A stretch of 64,000 bases of DNA, taken from assembly GCA_030265395.1 (NCBI GenBank), contig JARFYF010000052.1, forward strand, positions 28,975,342 through 29,039,341, written 5' to 3'. The position numbers were made by a program, and so were the translations under genes. How positions within the stretch are numbered: the stretch's first letter is position 1; each line of letters opens with the position of its first letter. Shown in pieces: positions 1 to 12,489 of the stretch. The notes beneath the pieces were generated by a model that saw only the letters and a program-made list of their open reading frames with translations, had not been told where the DNA came from and made no database searches. The stretch comes from Rhina ancylostomus. Lineage: Eukaryota.

Positions 1-133
1 GTGAGGTGACCAGAACTGAGCACAGTACTCCAAGTGGGGTCTGACCAGGGACCTATATAGCTGCAACAATACCTCTCAGCTCTTAAATTCAATTCACCGA
101 TTGAAGGACAATACCCCACATGCCTTCTTAAGC
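1..133 (-). mobile_element. CR1-type LINE ORF2 C-terminal fragment
   Basis: The reverse strand reads ...LQLYRSLVRPHLEYCAQFWSPH, the conserved CR1 ORF2 C-terminal motif. Confidence 0.85.
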
Positions 134-139
134 ATGTCG

Positions 140-560
140 ATAATAGGAAGGATTTCTCTTTACTTGCCTGACTGAATGCAGCTCCAACCACATGAAAGAA
201 GCATGATGGAGTCTAGGATCAAGGACCCCACCTGGCTGGCACCCTAGTCTCTGAACAAGCTATTGAGTTGCTTCATTGCTCATTCACAGTGGATGCAGTG
301 ATTACTTTCTATAAAATGTGCTGCAGGAAGTTGCCAATGTATCTTCAATAACAAACCTGTGACCTCTGCCACCTGAATGGATAAGGGAAACTGGTGGAAG
401 ATTACCCCATTGCAAGTTCCCTGCCAAGTCACACACCATCTAGACTTGAACTATGGTTCATTCATTCTCAGGAAAACGCAACCATGGAACTATGGGACTC
501 TTGTTAACAGCACAAGAAGGTGACACAAACTATCAAAGGCAATCAGGGTTTGGTCATATC
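140..560 (+). mobile_element. Old, highly decayed CR1/L2-group LINE 3' fragment
   Basis: Similar to 33190-33960 and to the reverse of 56130-56600 (gactgaatgcagctccaac..., caagtcacacaccatc...gacttg). No intact frame. Confidence 0.5.
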
Positions 561-659
561 CCTTGTTTCAATAAATTAGCCAACTCAATGCCATGCGAAA
601 GTAATTTGGGAAGTACAGTCAAGATGAGCAATTAAAATTTGAGGAATAATAGCAATCAT

Positions 660-2800
660 TTATTTATTGCCAAATTATTGGCCCATGTATTGAGACACAG
701 TGAAAAACACTTTTGTTTATGTACCATCCAATCAGATCATGCCAAAAGTACATTGAGGCAGTAAAAAGAAAGACAATGTAGAATATAATGTTGTCAGTAC
801 AAAGTGAGTGTAATGCAGGTAGACAAATAAAGTGCGAGGGCCATGATGAGGTAGATTTGGTGATCAGAAGTTCATCTTTAGCATCTGAGAGGTCTGTTCA
901 TGAGTCTGACAACAACGGGATAGAAGCTGTCCTTGAGTCTGGTGGTAAGTGCCTTCAAGCTTTTGTATGTTTTGCCCAACTGGAGAGAGGAGAAGAGAGA
1001 ACTGACATTAATTATGTCGGCTGCTTTCCCAAGGCAATGGGAGGTGTCGATGGAGGGGATGTTAGTTTGCGATTTGGACTGGCCTGTGTTCACCATTCTT
1101 TCTAATTTCTTGCAGTCTTGGGCAAAGCAGTTGCCCTACCAAACTGTGTTGCATCTGGTAGGATGCTTTCTATGATGCATCTATAAAAATTGGTCAGAGT
1201 TACTGTGGATATGCAGACCTTTGCCTTCTGAGGCAGTAGAGGCATAAGTGTGCTTTCTTGGCCGTAGTGTCCACATGTCTCGAACAGGACAAATTGCTAA
1301 TGATATTTACACCTAGGAACTTGAAGCTTTCAACCATCTCCAGGTCAGCCCCACTGATAACAGTCAGGATGTGTACTCCTCTCTACTTCCTGAAGTCAGT
1401 GACCAGCTCCTTTGTTTCGCTGACATTGAGGGGGAGATTGTTGTCTTGACACCATGTCACTAGGCTCCTATCTTCTTGACCCACTGTGGTGGTGTCATCC
1501 GAAAAATTGTAAATGGAGTTAGATCAGAATTTGACCCCATTTTCATGAGTGTATAGGGAGTATAGTAAGGGGCTGAGAACGCGGGGCACTGATGTTTAGG
1601 ATAATAGTGGAGGAGGTGTTGCCACATGAGGTGCTGCCTCAAGAAGGCAGCATCTATCACCAAAGATCCCCACCATCCGGGTCCTCCTCCTCACAGCTAC
1701 CATTGGGTGGGAGGTACAGAAGGCTGAAGTCTCACACCACCAGGTTCAAGAGCAGTTACTTTCCTTCAACTATTTGGTTGTTCAACCAACCTGCACAACC
1801 CTAATCACTAACTCAGTATAGCAACAGTATGACCACTTTGCACTACAATGGACTTTTGTTCTAAGTGTGTTCTTTCTTATATAATTTTATATAATTTATG
1901 TTGTGAATTTATGTCTTTCTAGTGAATATTGTGTATCTGATGCTATGTGCTTATGATGCTGCTGCAAGTAAGTTCTTCATTGCATCTGTGCATGCACGTA
2001 CTTCTGCCCATGACAATAAACTCAACATTGACTTTGCCTTTCCTTACTGATTACAGTCTATTGGCCAGGAAGTCAAGGATCCAGATGCAAAAGGGTGTGC
2101 AGAGTCCTAGGTCCTGGAGTTTGGAGAGATGAGTTTGTTTGGAATTATGTTATTGAAGACAGAGCTTATGTCAATGAATAGGAGTCTGACACAGGTGTCT
2201 TTGTTATTCAGATGTTCCAGAGATGAGTGTAGGGCCAGGGAGAAGGCATCCTTCAGCGGTAGGTTGAGGTTGTCTAGGACACTGAAGTTGATGAAAGCCA
2301 TGACCAGTCCTCTCAAAGCATTTCATGATGTTGGATAGCAGAGCCACTGGGTACTAGTTGTTAAGGCACGTTGCCTTATTTTTCTTTGGTACCGGGATGA
2401 TAGTGGTCTTCTTAAGTAAGTGGGAACCTCAGAGTGGAGTAGGGAGGGGTTGAAGATGTCTTTGAATATAACCACTAGTTGGTCCACGCAGGATATGAGG
2501 ATGCGGCCGGGGACTCCATCTGGGTCAGTCGCTTTCCACGGGCTCCCCTTGGGAAGGCTGATCTGACATCTGTGATGGTGATGGTAGGTACAGAGGCATC
2601 AGAGGTTGTTGGGGCAGGTGGCATCATTTCACTGACTTTGTTTGAAACCAACTTAGAATGCATTAAACTTGTTGGGGAGGGTTGGATTATTGCCAGAGAT
2701 ACTGCCCGACACTGCTTTGTAGCCTGTTATAGCATGCAAGCCTTACCGTAATTGATGGTTAGTCTGAGACTCTAATTTGGTCTGGTATTGTCTCTTGGAT
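660..2800 (-). mobile_element. Rex1/Babar-clade LINE, decayed RT region and 3' end, interrupted at 1624-2033
   Basis: Minus-strand remnants: [69 protein letters not shown] and TTRLKDSFYPVVVRLMN. An AATAAA-type 3' end lies near 660. Many frameshifts. Confidence 0.9.
1624..2033 (+). mobile_element. 5'-truncated Rex1/Babar-like LINE 3' end nested in the opposite-strand element
   Basis: Encodes QLPLGGRYRRLKSHTTRFKSSYFPSTIWLFN, then a 3'UTR ending gacaataaactcaacattgact. Flanked by TTGCC at 1619-1623 and 2034-2038. Same family as 8008-8475. Confidence 0.85.
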
Positions 2801-2857
2801 CTCATTGAATAGCTTACATTGCCAAGTTCGGTGAGAAATAAACTGGATAATTTCAAA

Positions 2858-2961
2858 GATGTGAATGTCAAAAGAAGTATGGGTTAAGTAACACAAGGGG
2901 AATCTTGGCTGAACATGACAAGGCAAATTTATGGCTTCCCTCTTTTTAATATACTGGTCAA
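2858..2961 (+). repeat. Copy 1 of a ~103-bp dispersed direct repeat (copy 2 at 4151-4252)
   Basis: gatgtgaatgtcaaaagaagtatgggttaagtaacacaa...tttttaatatactggtcaa is read twice, about 90% identical by eye. Confidence 0.9.
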
Positions 2962-3854
2962 GTCCCGGTCTGTTTTATGAATCTTGGCTATGCCCCTTAC
3001 AAAATTAATTTATATTTGTTGATGTTTGGTGTATAAAACTGAACACACAACTGGATGTGAGGACTGGCCAAAGCTTTATGGTACTGCAATATCAGTTGCG
3101 GTGAAGGCAAATATTCCAACATTTAAGTTTATTTTAATTTTTGATTGGTTTTTGTATACAAGGAAACATTAAATATTTTGGATCCTAGTCTGGTGCTATT
3201 GATAAATGGTGCTATTCCCATTTCTTGGCTCCAGACTCGATGACCACACTCTTCCTTGCATTGTACTCCTCTTGACAAAATTTTGTCCAGTCACGCAGGC
3301 AGACTTTCTTCTTGCACCTGCTCTTATCTGCTTAGTTTACTGTTCTTTCAGATTGGCTGAGTTAGAAGTAATGCACTCTATAACACAGAGACTGAGTCAA
3401 ACCTTGTACAGTAATCTATTCAGTTTTGGACACTGAAATGTGAGAATGATAACATTGATTTTGGAAAGGATACAACCAATGTTCACTGGAAAGATGAGGC
3501 TGAAAACACTAATACGTATGGCAAAAAGAATTGCTGGGGAACACAAGCTCTCGCATCCTAATGAACTACCCTTGCCATGCAAACCATTTAAGTGATCTGC
3601 ATAGCAGAATTGCCTCCAATGCTTTGCAATACTCCATTGTGGAACACTTTATTAAATATCTTTTTGAAAGTCTAGAACACACTTACCTAAGCACCATGTC
3701 ATTAAAATACTTAAATAAAAAATCATTTAGATTGAATCATGAGATCATGTCCAAAAAGTTGATAATTATCAAAGTGGATGGAAACTTGCTTACAATTGAT
3801 ATTAAGCATCTGTGTCAGTGAGGAAAAAAATTGAACTTATATGACTGTTATTAC

Positions 3855-4144
3855 TTTTTCCCAGGGTAACAATGGCTAACACGAGGTTATTGGAAGAAAG
3901 TATAAGGGGGTTGTCAGGGGTAAGTTTTTTTACACAGAGTGGTGGTTGCATAGAACTCACTGCCTGCAGAGGTTGTGGGGGGAGATACATTAGGGACATT
4001 TAAGAGACTCTTAGACATATGAACGGTAGAGAAATTAGGACCTATGCGGGAGAGAAGGGTTGGATAGATCTTGGAGCAGGATAAACTGCCGGCACAACAT
4101 TGTGGGCTGAAGGGCCTGCACTGAGCTGTAGTGTTCTATGTTCT
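3855..4144 (+). mobile_element. CR1 LINE 3' end
   Basis: tttttttacacagagtggt...; 3' terminus gggctgaagggcctgcactgagctgtagtgttctatgttct with the short tandem tail typical of CR1. Nearly identical to 15960-16113. Confidence 0.85.
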
Positions 4145-4150
4145 TTTAAC

Positions 4151-4252
4151 GATGCGAATGTCAAGAGAAGTATGGGTTAAGTAACACAAAGGAAATCTTG
4201 GCTGAACAGGACAAGGCAAATTTATGGCTTCTCTTTTTAATATACTGGTCAA
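4151..4252 (+). repeat. Copy 2 of the ~103-bp direct repeat
   Basis: Matches 2858-2961 and starts a few bases after the CR1 tail. Confidence 0.9.
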
Positions 4253-4934
4253 ATCCTAGTCAAGAAGCAGCAAGTTCTTTTAAAGATTGCTGGGGAAAGC
4301 CCTTTTCCTTCAGTGAACAAGCTATTCTTGAGATCTTATTGACATTGAGCTGAAAATGTAGGCTATTCTTGTAATTAGAAAATTGTGGAATATTAACTGA
4401 CTTGAAGGCAAAAAAAAAGCAGGAGCAGAGGTTGAGTCATGGCTATCAAGAGAATTGAAGATGCTATTATATATTAAGAAAAGGGCTTATGCAGTTAATT
4501 TTTAATGTTTGATTTGCAAATTTTTGTTTGTAAGCTATTAACTCTGCAGATATGTAACTACAATTTACTGATCTGTTTTTGTCTATAACAAATTGCCCGC
4601 CACTCTCTGCTTATTAGTAGAGTGCATACCTATAATTCAGTTCACCCAGCTTTTTAGATTATGAAATTCAATGAAAATTGCAGGAACAAATCTCTTTAAT
4701 TAATTGAGGAATGGCTGTAATATTACCAAAAAGGAAGCACTGAGCTTGAGGATTGGGATCACTTCAGNNNNNNNNNNNNNNNNNNNNNNNNNNNNNNNNN
4801 NNNNNNNNNNNNNNNNNNNNNNNNNNNNNNNNNNNNNNNNNNNNNNNNNNNNNNNNNNNNNNNNNNNACTGAGCTTGAGGATTGGGATCACTTCAGAATT
4901 CTGTAAAGGAAGACCAGAAGATCAAGACATCAAC

Positions 4935-5985
4935 AAGGAGAGGGAAATTACATGAAAAGAATAGCTTTGTAAGACACATGAAGCAGTGTGAAAGCTTAGG
5001 CTATGTGAAAAGGAAAAGAATGGCTGATGTTAATGTGGGTCACTTACAATCTGAGACAGGAGAAATTTTAATACACGAAAAAGAGGAGTTAGAGAAGAAG
5101 ACTTGGAAGACCTGCTGGAAATAGTGTTTTCTTTTAAAATAAAGTTGAATAAGGTGTTCAAGAAATTTCCATGAATGAAAAAAAAACATAAGATGACTGA
5201 AAGGTGATACAGACCATCCCTGGGTTACGAATGCCTGACTTATGGACCCATCTAATACAGAACTAGTTTCCCCCTCTCTCTTCACTTTTAGTAATTGTTC
5301 TTATCAGTCTTGTGTGTTTTTGATGTCATTCATTACAATACTGTGAAGACATGGAAATCATATTGCACGATTTTCATGAATCTTCTAACTTACGAACAAA
5401 ATCGTGTGTAAAAGTGGAACCCATTTCATACCCGGGGAAGGCCTATAAATCCCTAGATACTGATGACCTGCATCCTAGGGATTTGAAGTTGGTCATGGAT
5501 GATCTGGTGGTCTTCCAAAATTCCATGGATTGGAGAACTGTTCTCGATGATTGGAAGGTGGCAAATGTAATCCAACTATTTAAGAAAGCAGGGAGAGAGA
5601 AAATGGGAAAGTGCGTATCATTTAGTCTGACAAGTGTTGTATGGAAAATCGTGGAATCTATTTGTTGGAAAGTTGTAAAGGGGCACATAGAAAATAACAA
5701 TATGGTTCAGCAGAGTCATCATGAAAACATGAAAGGGAAATTGTATTTGAGAAATTTGTTGGAATCATTTGAATTATACTAGTAGAACAGCTAAAGGCAA
5801 ACCTTTTATTTGTANNNNNNNNNNNNNNNNNNNNNNNNNNNNNNNNNNNNNNNNNNNNNNNNNNNNNNNNNNNNNNNNNNNNNNNNNNNNNNNNNNNNNN
5901 NNNNNNNNNNNNNNTTATTTGTACTTTCAGAAGGCTTTTGACAAGGTGCCACAGGGATTATTGAGCAAAAATTGGAATGTTTGAT
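4935..5985 (+). mobile_element. Decayed CR1 ORF2 (tether and RT N-terminus), interrupted by a MITE
   Basis: ORF remnants DDLHPRDLK, DWKVANVIQLFKKAGREKMG, SLTSVVWKIVES and YLYFQKAFDKVP. Confidence 0.9.
5210..5445. mobile_element. Tc1/mariner (pogo/Tigger-like) MITE
   Basis: Imperfect TIRs cagaccatccctgggttacgaa ... ttcatacccggggaaggccta, flanked by TA (5208-5209 and 5446-5447). Removing it restores the CR1 sequence ctgaaaggtgaTAaatccctag. Confidence 0.8.
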
Positions 5986-6439
5986 ATGTTGGCCATCCAT
6001 TTTGTTGAATTATTTGAGCAGAATATTCTATTGATCAAGTTTGTCCCTATTATTTACTGCATCTCACTTGACTCATTGTTAACACTACACTGCCCACTCT
6101 ATCATCCAACTCAGGCATTTTGTCTGGTGTGAACTCTTGGATCCTATTATAAACTTTTCCATGTATTGTCATACCATGTCAGCTCCTTCAGTACACTAAT
6201 CCAAAAATCCCACCTGTCTTTCTCAGTTGCTACCAGGTCACAATAACAATTTGTTCTTTCCATGCTCCGCTGTTCTCATTGCATCCACCTTATTATGAAC
6301 TACTTCCTGCAAACCCTAGATTGCAAAATCATTCTTACCATGCTGCTCTGTATTGTTTTGAGTACTCAACTCTACTTTCTTACATTTAAAATCAGCACCC
6401 ACTAATCAAGATAAAAATATCTTGAATTTTTTATCAAAA

Positions 6440-6535
6440 TAATCAGGAAAATATTGAAAATACTCAAATGTTGGGCAGTATCTGTGGATAGAGAAAGAGA
6501 TGTTGCTGCAGGTTGATGACCTTTCATCAAAACTA
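6440..6535. mobile_element. Single arm of an old Penelope-derived palindromic repeat
   Basis: gaaaatactcaaatgttgggcagtatctgtggatagagaaa...caggttgatgacctttcatca resembles the arms at 12200, 36995 and 41270. Confidence 0.55.
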
Positions 6536-6594
6536 GTCTACTATTCAAAGTCACAATATCTTATTCATTATCAGAACACTAACAGAGTCCAGTA

Positions 6595-6885
6595 CCTATT
6601 GCCCATCCCAGATTGCTCCTAAAACGAATGGTTTGCAGTATTTTCAGAGGAAAATTAAGGGTCAACAATTTGGTGAGTCTGGAGTTGCATAGAGGCCAGA
6701 CCAATAAGGATGGTAGATTTTCTAGATGTGAACTAGATGGGTTTTGTTAAAATCTGCTCATTCCATGGTCCCTATTACAATTTTTGTTTTAAAGCTATAC
6801 TTATTGAATCATTTAAATACAAATTCCATTGCTGCCCATAAGTATTTGTCTTCAGATCAATGGTCCAGGTGTCTGAATGATAAGC
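6595..6885 (-). mobile_element. Decayed SINE (same family as 16700-17260, 50190-50345 and 62960-63270)
   Basis: The reverse complement aligns by eye with 62960-63270 (attgcccatcc...attgctcct, ggccagacc...aaggatggtagattt, gtgaactagatgggtttt). Confidence 0.65.
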
Positions 6886-8007
6886 ATTGTACTATCGGTG
6901 TAACTTGAATATAAAATTGCCAGGTATTTAGTCATACAAATTAAGTTAATATATTGTGCCTGAATAATGCTGTATATCTTCTGATTTAAAAAGTGCAATT
7001 GGTCTTCTGCAAATGAAAATTATACAGTGGCTATGCTTATTGATCAATTAATTCAATGTCTGATACTTAAGTCATATTCCATAGAAATGAGATATAAATG
7101 GAGAGCTCAGACCAGAAATATTTAGCAAGAGGTTTAGTGCGGAGAGGAGAAGAAAAAAACTAGTACTCCACCACTCTTTCTGATGACAATGCCACATATT
7201 AGACATTAAACAAAACAAAGTCTGAAGTGAGTTTTTATTAGAATTGAAGGTGCTAGTCCACTGGAATGTAGAATTAGAAGACGGTTGCTGAGCAGTATCT
7301 CTCTGAAGCAGTGCAGTAACATGCCAACACCATATACAATGTGCATTGTGAAGAAGATCATGAATATTCAACCATTTCTATCATGCAGCAAAAGTCTTTG
7401 CATTTGAATCTTCCTTTTGAGAAAGAAATAATGATGTGTGGTAGATATGTGTAAATCCCCTTGCTTTCCACAGAAGCGCCTGTGGTTACACAGTGGTGTA
7501 CTGATCTGAAATACAAGGAAATACCAACAGACTTCATGTGTTTAATCACCGAAAAGGAAAATAACAGAGAAATGAAATGTGGTACCTGCTGATTTTGAAG
7601 TTGAATTAATGCTTGTTTAGGAATTGACTATCGAACTGGCCAAAAGCAACATTTAGGGGATAGAATGGGTTTAAAGTATAATCAAATACCTATAAATGTG
7701 CAATTTTGATTTGCGTGGGTGATGATGAAAAGAAATGTGCTTTGCATAAGGATTCAGCAGGATGATTTGTAATTTTAAAGAACAAGCAAACCCGACTTTT
7801 TCCCTGGTTTACAGAAAATTTTCTCCTTCTTAACTTTCTTTTAGGTTCACCTCTACCTGTTCTTCAAATTCCAAAACGTTTGATCAATTTTAAAAAAAAT
7901 ATCCTTTGTCTTCTCTACTCTGCAGAGAATAATCACTGCCTCAACTAATTGAAACTCCTCACCCAGGCTTCTGTAAACTTCTAACATCCCCTGTTTAGAC
8001 TACCCAA

Positions 8008-8475
8008 TACATCACAGGCACATCCCTCCCCACCATTGGTAGAATCTATAGGAGGACTGCCTCAAGAAGGCAAAATCTATCATCAAAGATCCCCACCATC
8101 CAGGCCATGCCATCTTTTCGCAGCTACCATTGGGCAGGAGGTACAGAAGCCCGAAGTTCCACACCACTAGGTTCAAGAACAGCTACTTACCTTCAACCAT
8201 TCAGTTCTTGAATCAACTGGCAAAACCCTAAACACTATGGTTTAGCAACACTAGGACCATTTTGATCACTTTGTACTAAAATGGACTTTGTTTTTTTATT
8301 CGTTCTGATTGTGTTCTTTCATGTAAAAGTTCTGTATAATTTATATTTAATTTGTTTTCCTTGTGAATGCTGCTTATATGATGGTATGTACTGGTAATGC
8401 TGCTGCAAGTAAGTTTTTCATTGCACTTGTGCATATACGTACTTGTGCATATGGCAATAAACTCGACTTTTACCT
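8008..8475 (+). mobile_element. Rex1/Babar-like LINE 3' end
   Basis: SIIKDPHHPGHAIFSQLPLGRRYRSPKFHTTRFKNSYLPSTIQFLN, then a 3'UTR ending ggcaataaactcgactt. Homologous to 1624-2033. Confidence 0.85.
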
Positions 8476-8983
8476 TGCACTGGGCCTTTGGAAAGGGGAC
8501 TTGGAATACTTGACACACCCATTTTGATGTTAACATTGTCATTATGGACATATACTTCTCATGTACATCAAACACCTTTATGATTTGGTTTTGCCAGAGC
8601 AAGGAAATACATCTTCTTGGTGCATTATTTCAGGAGTGGTCTGAGCATGCTTCTAAAGAGTCCTATGTGGGACTCATCAGGCACCACAGAAATGGAGTGG
8701 AAGCAAGATGTCCATGGCTGGAGGAGTTGCTTAAAATGAAGCAGTGTCTTCTGAAGGCAGTGCCATGTATCAAGAGGCAGAATTGATTTATTTTTTGCCA
8801 CTCATTAAAAATCAAGTGGAATTTTGTACTAAAGAGTGCAGGCTTTGTATAGCACATCTGCATTATGTCTCCAGTCCCAAGTTAAACCTGTCATCTTTCA
8901 TGCAGCATCTTGGTGCACTTTCTGTGTAATACTTTGTAAGAATGTGAGGTGTCCCATGATGGGATGAACTCTCTCGGCATGGA

Positions 8984-9404
8984 TGTTAAAGCTCCAATTA
9001 ATCTGGCAACCTTGGGACTTCGGTCATGCCAAATTAGCAGATTTTCCAGACTTATTGGATGCTACTCCTATTCTTCTTACATGTTACATGTTAGTATAAT
9101 AAATCTTCCAGTGGTCCCAGTGAGTTTAAAGGAAATGGGAAATATACAAATACTGCGGACCTCCGCTCCAGCCACAAACGTACCCATCCATATTCCTAAT
9201 ACCCTGGTGTTCCGCATCCCAATCCCGGCCCACACCCTGGTGGCTGGGTCTGGCAGCAACCAACCTGGCTGGACCTCCAACTTTGGCCCCACACCCTGCT
9301 TACATTTTGGATGCCCAGCTCACATTTCAGATTATTGAGAGAACCAGATGGTGGACTATCAGGATTTATGAGCAACTGGATGCACGAAAATTGGAGTTTT
9401 ACTG
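8984..9404. mobile_element. pogo/Tigger-like MITE, inverted relative to the 21321-21918 copy
   Basis: Right end ggagttttactg followed by TA. Decayed left end ttaaagctccaattaatctgg. Internal ttagcagattttccagac and aataaatcttccagtgg are reverse complements of segments in 21760-21890. Confidence 0.65.
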
Positions 9405-11199
9405 TATGTTGAAATGAGGATATTGAAACTAATAATCTGGGGACTTTAAAGTTGTGAGTGGGATAGATGGTGAATTGATATACAGTAGTCAGAAGGTCTC
9501 GAGAGGTGGAGTCTGAAGTTGACAAAGTATGAAATGAAATTTTAGTTGCTACATATATGAGGCAGGGATGGAGAGTGGAGATGTTACATTTTTAGAAATG
9601 CTCATTCCTAATGTGTTATATGTGCAGTTGAGTACTGTAACACTACCACGTAGATGCATTAGTGTCTGGAAAGTCTGGTCCAAAGTTAGGGGTGACATTG
9701 CAAAGATGACCAGTGGTAAGCACTACNNNNNNNNNNNNNNNNNNNNNNNNNNNNNNNNNNNNNNNNNNNNNNNNNNNNNNNNNNNNNNNNNNNNNNNNNN
9801 NNNNNNNNNNNNNNNNNNNNNNNNNNNNNNNNNNNNNNNNNNNNNNNNNNNNNNNNNNNNNNNNNNNNNNNNNNNNNNNNNNNNNNNNNNNNNNNNNNNN
9901 NNNNNNNNNNNNNNNNNNNNNNNNNNNNNNNNNNNNNNNNNNNNNNNNNNNNNNNNNNNNNNNNNNNNNNNNNNNNNNNNNNNNNNNNNNNNNNNNNNNN
10001 NNNNNNNNNNNNNNNNNNNNNNNNNNNNNNNNNNNNNNNNNNNNNNNNNNNNNNNNNNNNNNNNNNNNNNNNNNNNNNNNNNNNNNNNNNNNNNNNNNNN
10101 NNNNNNNNNNNNNNNNNNNNNNNNNNNNNNNNNNNNNNNNNNNNNNNNNNNNNNNNNNNNNNNNNNNNNNNNNNNNNNNNNNNNNNNNNNNNNNNNNCAG
10201 CATGGAATCCATGTGCTGGACAACAAGGCATTAATGGAGCCAAACTGAGGCCGTAACTCAAAACCATGACAGGTTTTTCTGCAAGCTATCCTCATTTCTT
10301 CAATGCTGAGCTTGTAAAAGAAGCATCCAAAGGCAAGGCTTTGCTTCAATTGAAAATTCTGGAGATTCCGATGTTTTCAGTTATTGCAGCCAATCTGATT
10401 CAGCCATCAGGTGGTGATATGAAATATGACACAGTATAATATTATAAGTTGTTGAAATTTAATGTAAGGAAATGTCTTTTGCATAATTCAGTTTTAAAAG
10501 TATACGATGGATAAATATTATTCTTGGATATTGGTCATCCTTAGTATGATGCATTGTATTACATTTTTAACTTACCAGTTTATATTTACTGAGGTCTTGT
10601 GTTTCACAGCCAAAATTGTGACACAAAAGAAGCCTGTTTCACATATCAATTTGAATTAAATATTTTATTCAGGAAATGTTAACAAATCACAACTGAATGG
10701 GTAGACTGCCATGGTTTGCAGAAATAGCTCTTTATAGCATTAAGAGGTAGACCAATGTAAATACAGTTCTGTGTTTCTTTGTTACATACAGAATAGAATT
10801 AACAATGTCACAGATGCTGCCAAAGAAAGATAGATTTGTTTTTGTGACACATTGGTCAATACCCCAGCTTGTTCCAAAGCACGTAACAGCAAATGCAGCT
10901 CTCTAAGTGTAATTGTCAAGTATATCATTGTGATAATAATTTGGAAATAAATCTTTTGCTTCCAGTATAACATAGTATCCCAGGACAGCACTTCTGGCTG
11001 TGCAGCACTTGCACAATAGTAAATTGGAATCATTTGTCCCGTTACAATTCCTGTTTTTGTGGCATGAACTCTACCTCTAAGTTGAACAGTAACATTTGTT
11101 GTCGTAATTGAGCTGGAAATGAGTTTTAGGCCTCAAATGTGTGCTATTGCTCAGATTGATGATTTCCATCTCCATAACATTCTCTTACACTGACCCAGC

Positions 11200-11670
11200 T
11201 GTGGCTCTTGCTGATTCCCTTGATACCTCCAGACTATTCCAGTGTCTTTCCATCTAATCCTCCATTATTCTTTGCTCCACAAATTTCAAACCTTCTAAAA
11301 CTCTGCTACCTGTGTCCTGATTTGCACCAAATCTTATTTATCCATCATCCATGTCTTAAACTGGCTCCTCTGAAGCAATATCTTGTTTAAAAAAAAAATT
11401 CCTGCCTTGTTGTCAAATCCTTCTGTGGTCTTGCCTCACCCTTTGTTTATAATTTCCTTCAGCCCTTTGACTGAGAAATCTGTGCTCAAATTCTGGTTGC
11501 TTGCTCTGCTTCACATTAAATTAATTCACTATTTGATGACCAAGCCTTCAGATACCTAGGCACTAAGTTTTGGCATCATATCTCTAAACCTCATTACCTC
11601 TGTATTGCACCTTACTTCTTTTAAAATTGCCCCTTAAAATTCTTTGACCAAGCTTTTGATGGTACGTCCA
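11200..11670 (+). mobile_element. Probable old L2-type LINE 3' fragment
   Basis: Pyrimidine-rich decayed sequence with gccttcagatacctaggcactaag and ccccttaaaattctttgaccaagcttttg. Similar material lies at 41000-41260. Confidence 0.45.
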
Positions 11671-12199
11671 AAGATCTGCATCTTTATTTGTAGCTCAATT
11701 GAGTGTGAGACAATGATTTATACATTGACTGAATTGCCATGCCTTTTGAAGTTTTTTTGAGAGAGGACTGTATCTTTTCAAGTTATGTTTCAGAATTCAT
11801 TCTGAAACTCAATTTGTAATATAAAAATTGTAAACCAGCTTTTCCTATGCTACATGTGTGCTGTGATGGCTTGAGTTGACAACAAGGAATTGATCTGTAT
11901 ATCATAATTATTTCCACAGTCTTTAATTCATAGATGATTCTGATAAATATCTATTTATTTTTCTTGACATCTTGGAATCAGTAAAATTAGAATTTTGGAA
12001 TTTATAACATTATGTCTAGAAATATAATGCAAAAGTTAAGGAGCAATATGTGGTGAAATAATGAAAAAAAATTCCAGCGAGTCTTATTTTTCTTTTTTCT
12101 CCCAAAAGATAACATTCTGATTATTTTCAGTGTGCACAAAAAATGAAAACTACAAGATCAAATGAAGACTTAAGAGCATTTAAAAAAAATCCCTTTTAA

Positions 12200-12317
12200 T
12201 ACAAGAAAATATGCAAATACTGATATCTGAAATAAAAACAGAAAATGCAGTTCAGGCAGCATCTCTGGAAAGAGAAACAGTTAACTTTTTGGGTTTGGGA
12301 CCCCTTTGTCAGAACTA
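12200..12317. mobile_element. Single arm of a Penelope-derived palindromic repeat
   Basis: tctgaaataaaaacagaaaatgc...caggcagcatctctggaaagagaaacagttaac...ggacccctttgtcagaac. Confidence 0.6.
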
Positions 12318-12344
12318 TCATAGCCTTTCAGCAGTTTTGCGTGA

Positions 12345-12370
12345 GTGTGTGTGTGTGTGTGTGTGTGTGT
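12345..12370. repeat. (GT)13 microsatellite
   Basis: Directly visible. Confidence 0.95.
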
Positions 12371-12489
12371 TGGTTTAGAGTTGCACAGGTGACTAATATT
12401 GAGGCATATCGATTCTTCTTTATTTGTCATTTTTCTAATTTCTGGCAAGTTTCCAATAGATAAGAAGGCAGAAAATATGGCATTGCTAT

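Noticed and set aside
4739-4896. Exact 29-bp direct repeat actgagcttgaggattgggatcacttcag either side of 100 Ns (similarly ttatttgta around the gap at 5815-5914)
   Set aside because: Overlapping contig ends around a placeholder gap; an assembly artefact, not a biological repeat or CRISPR-like array.
8949-9338. 129-aa Pro-rich ORF
   Set aside because: Lies inside a non-autonomous MITE; no recognisable domain or splice context.
9568-10349. Long ORFs spanning N runs (also ~15133-15850, 48794-49407 and 61952-62379)
   Set aside because: Open only because Ns contain no stop codons.
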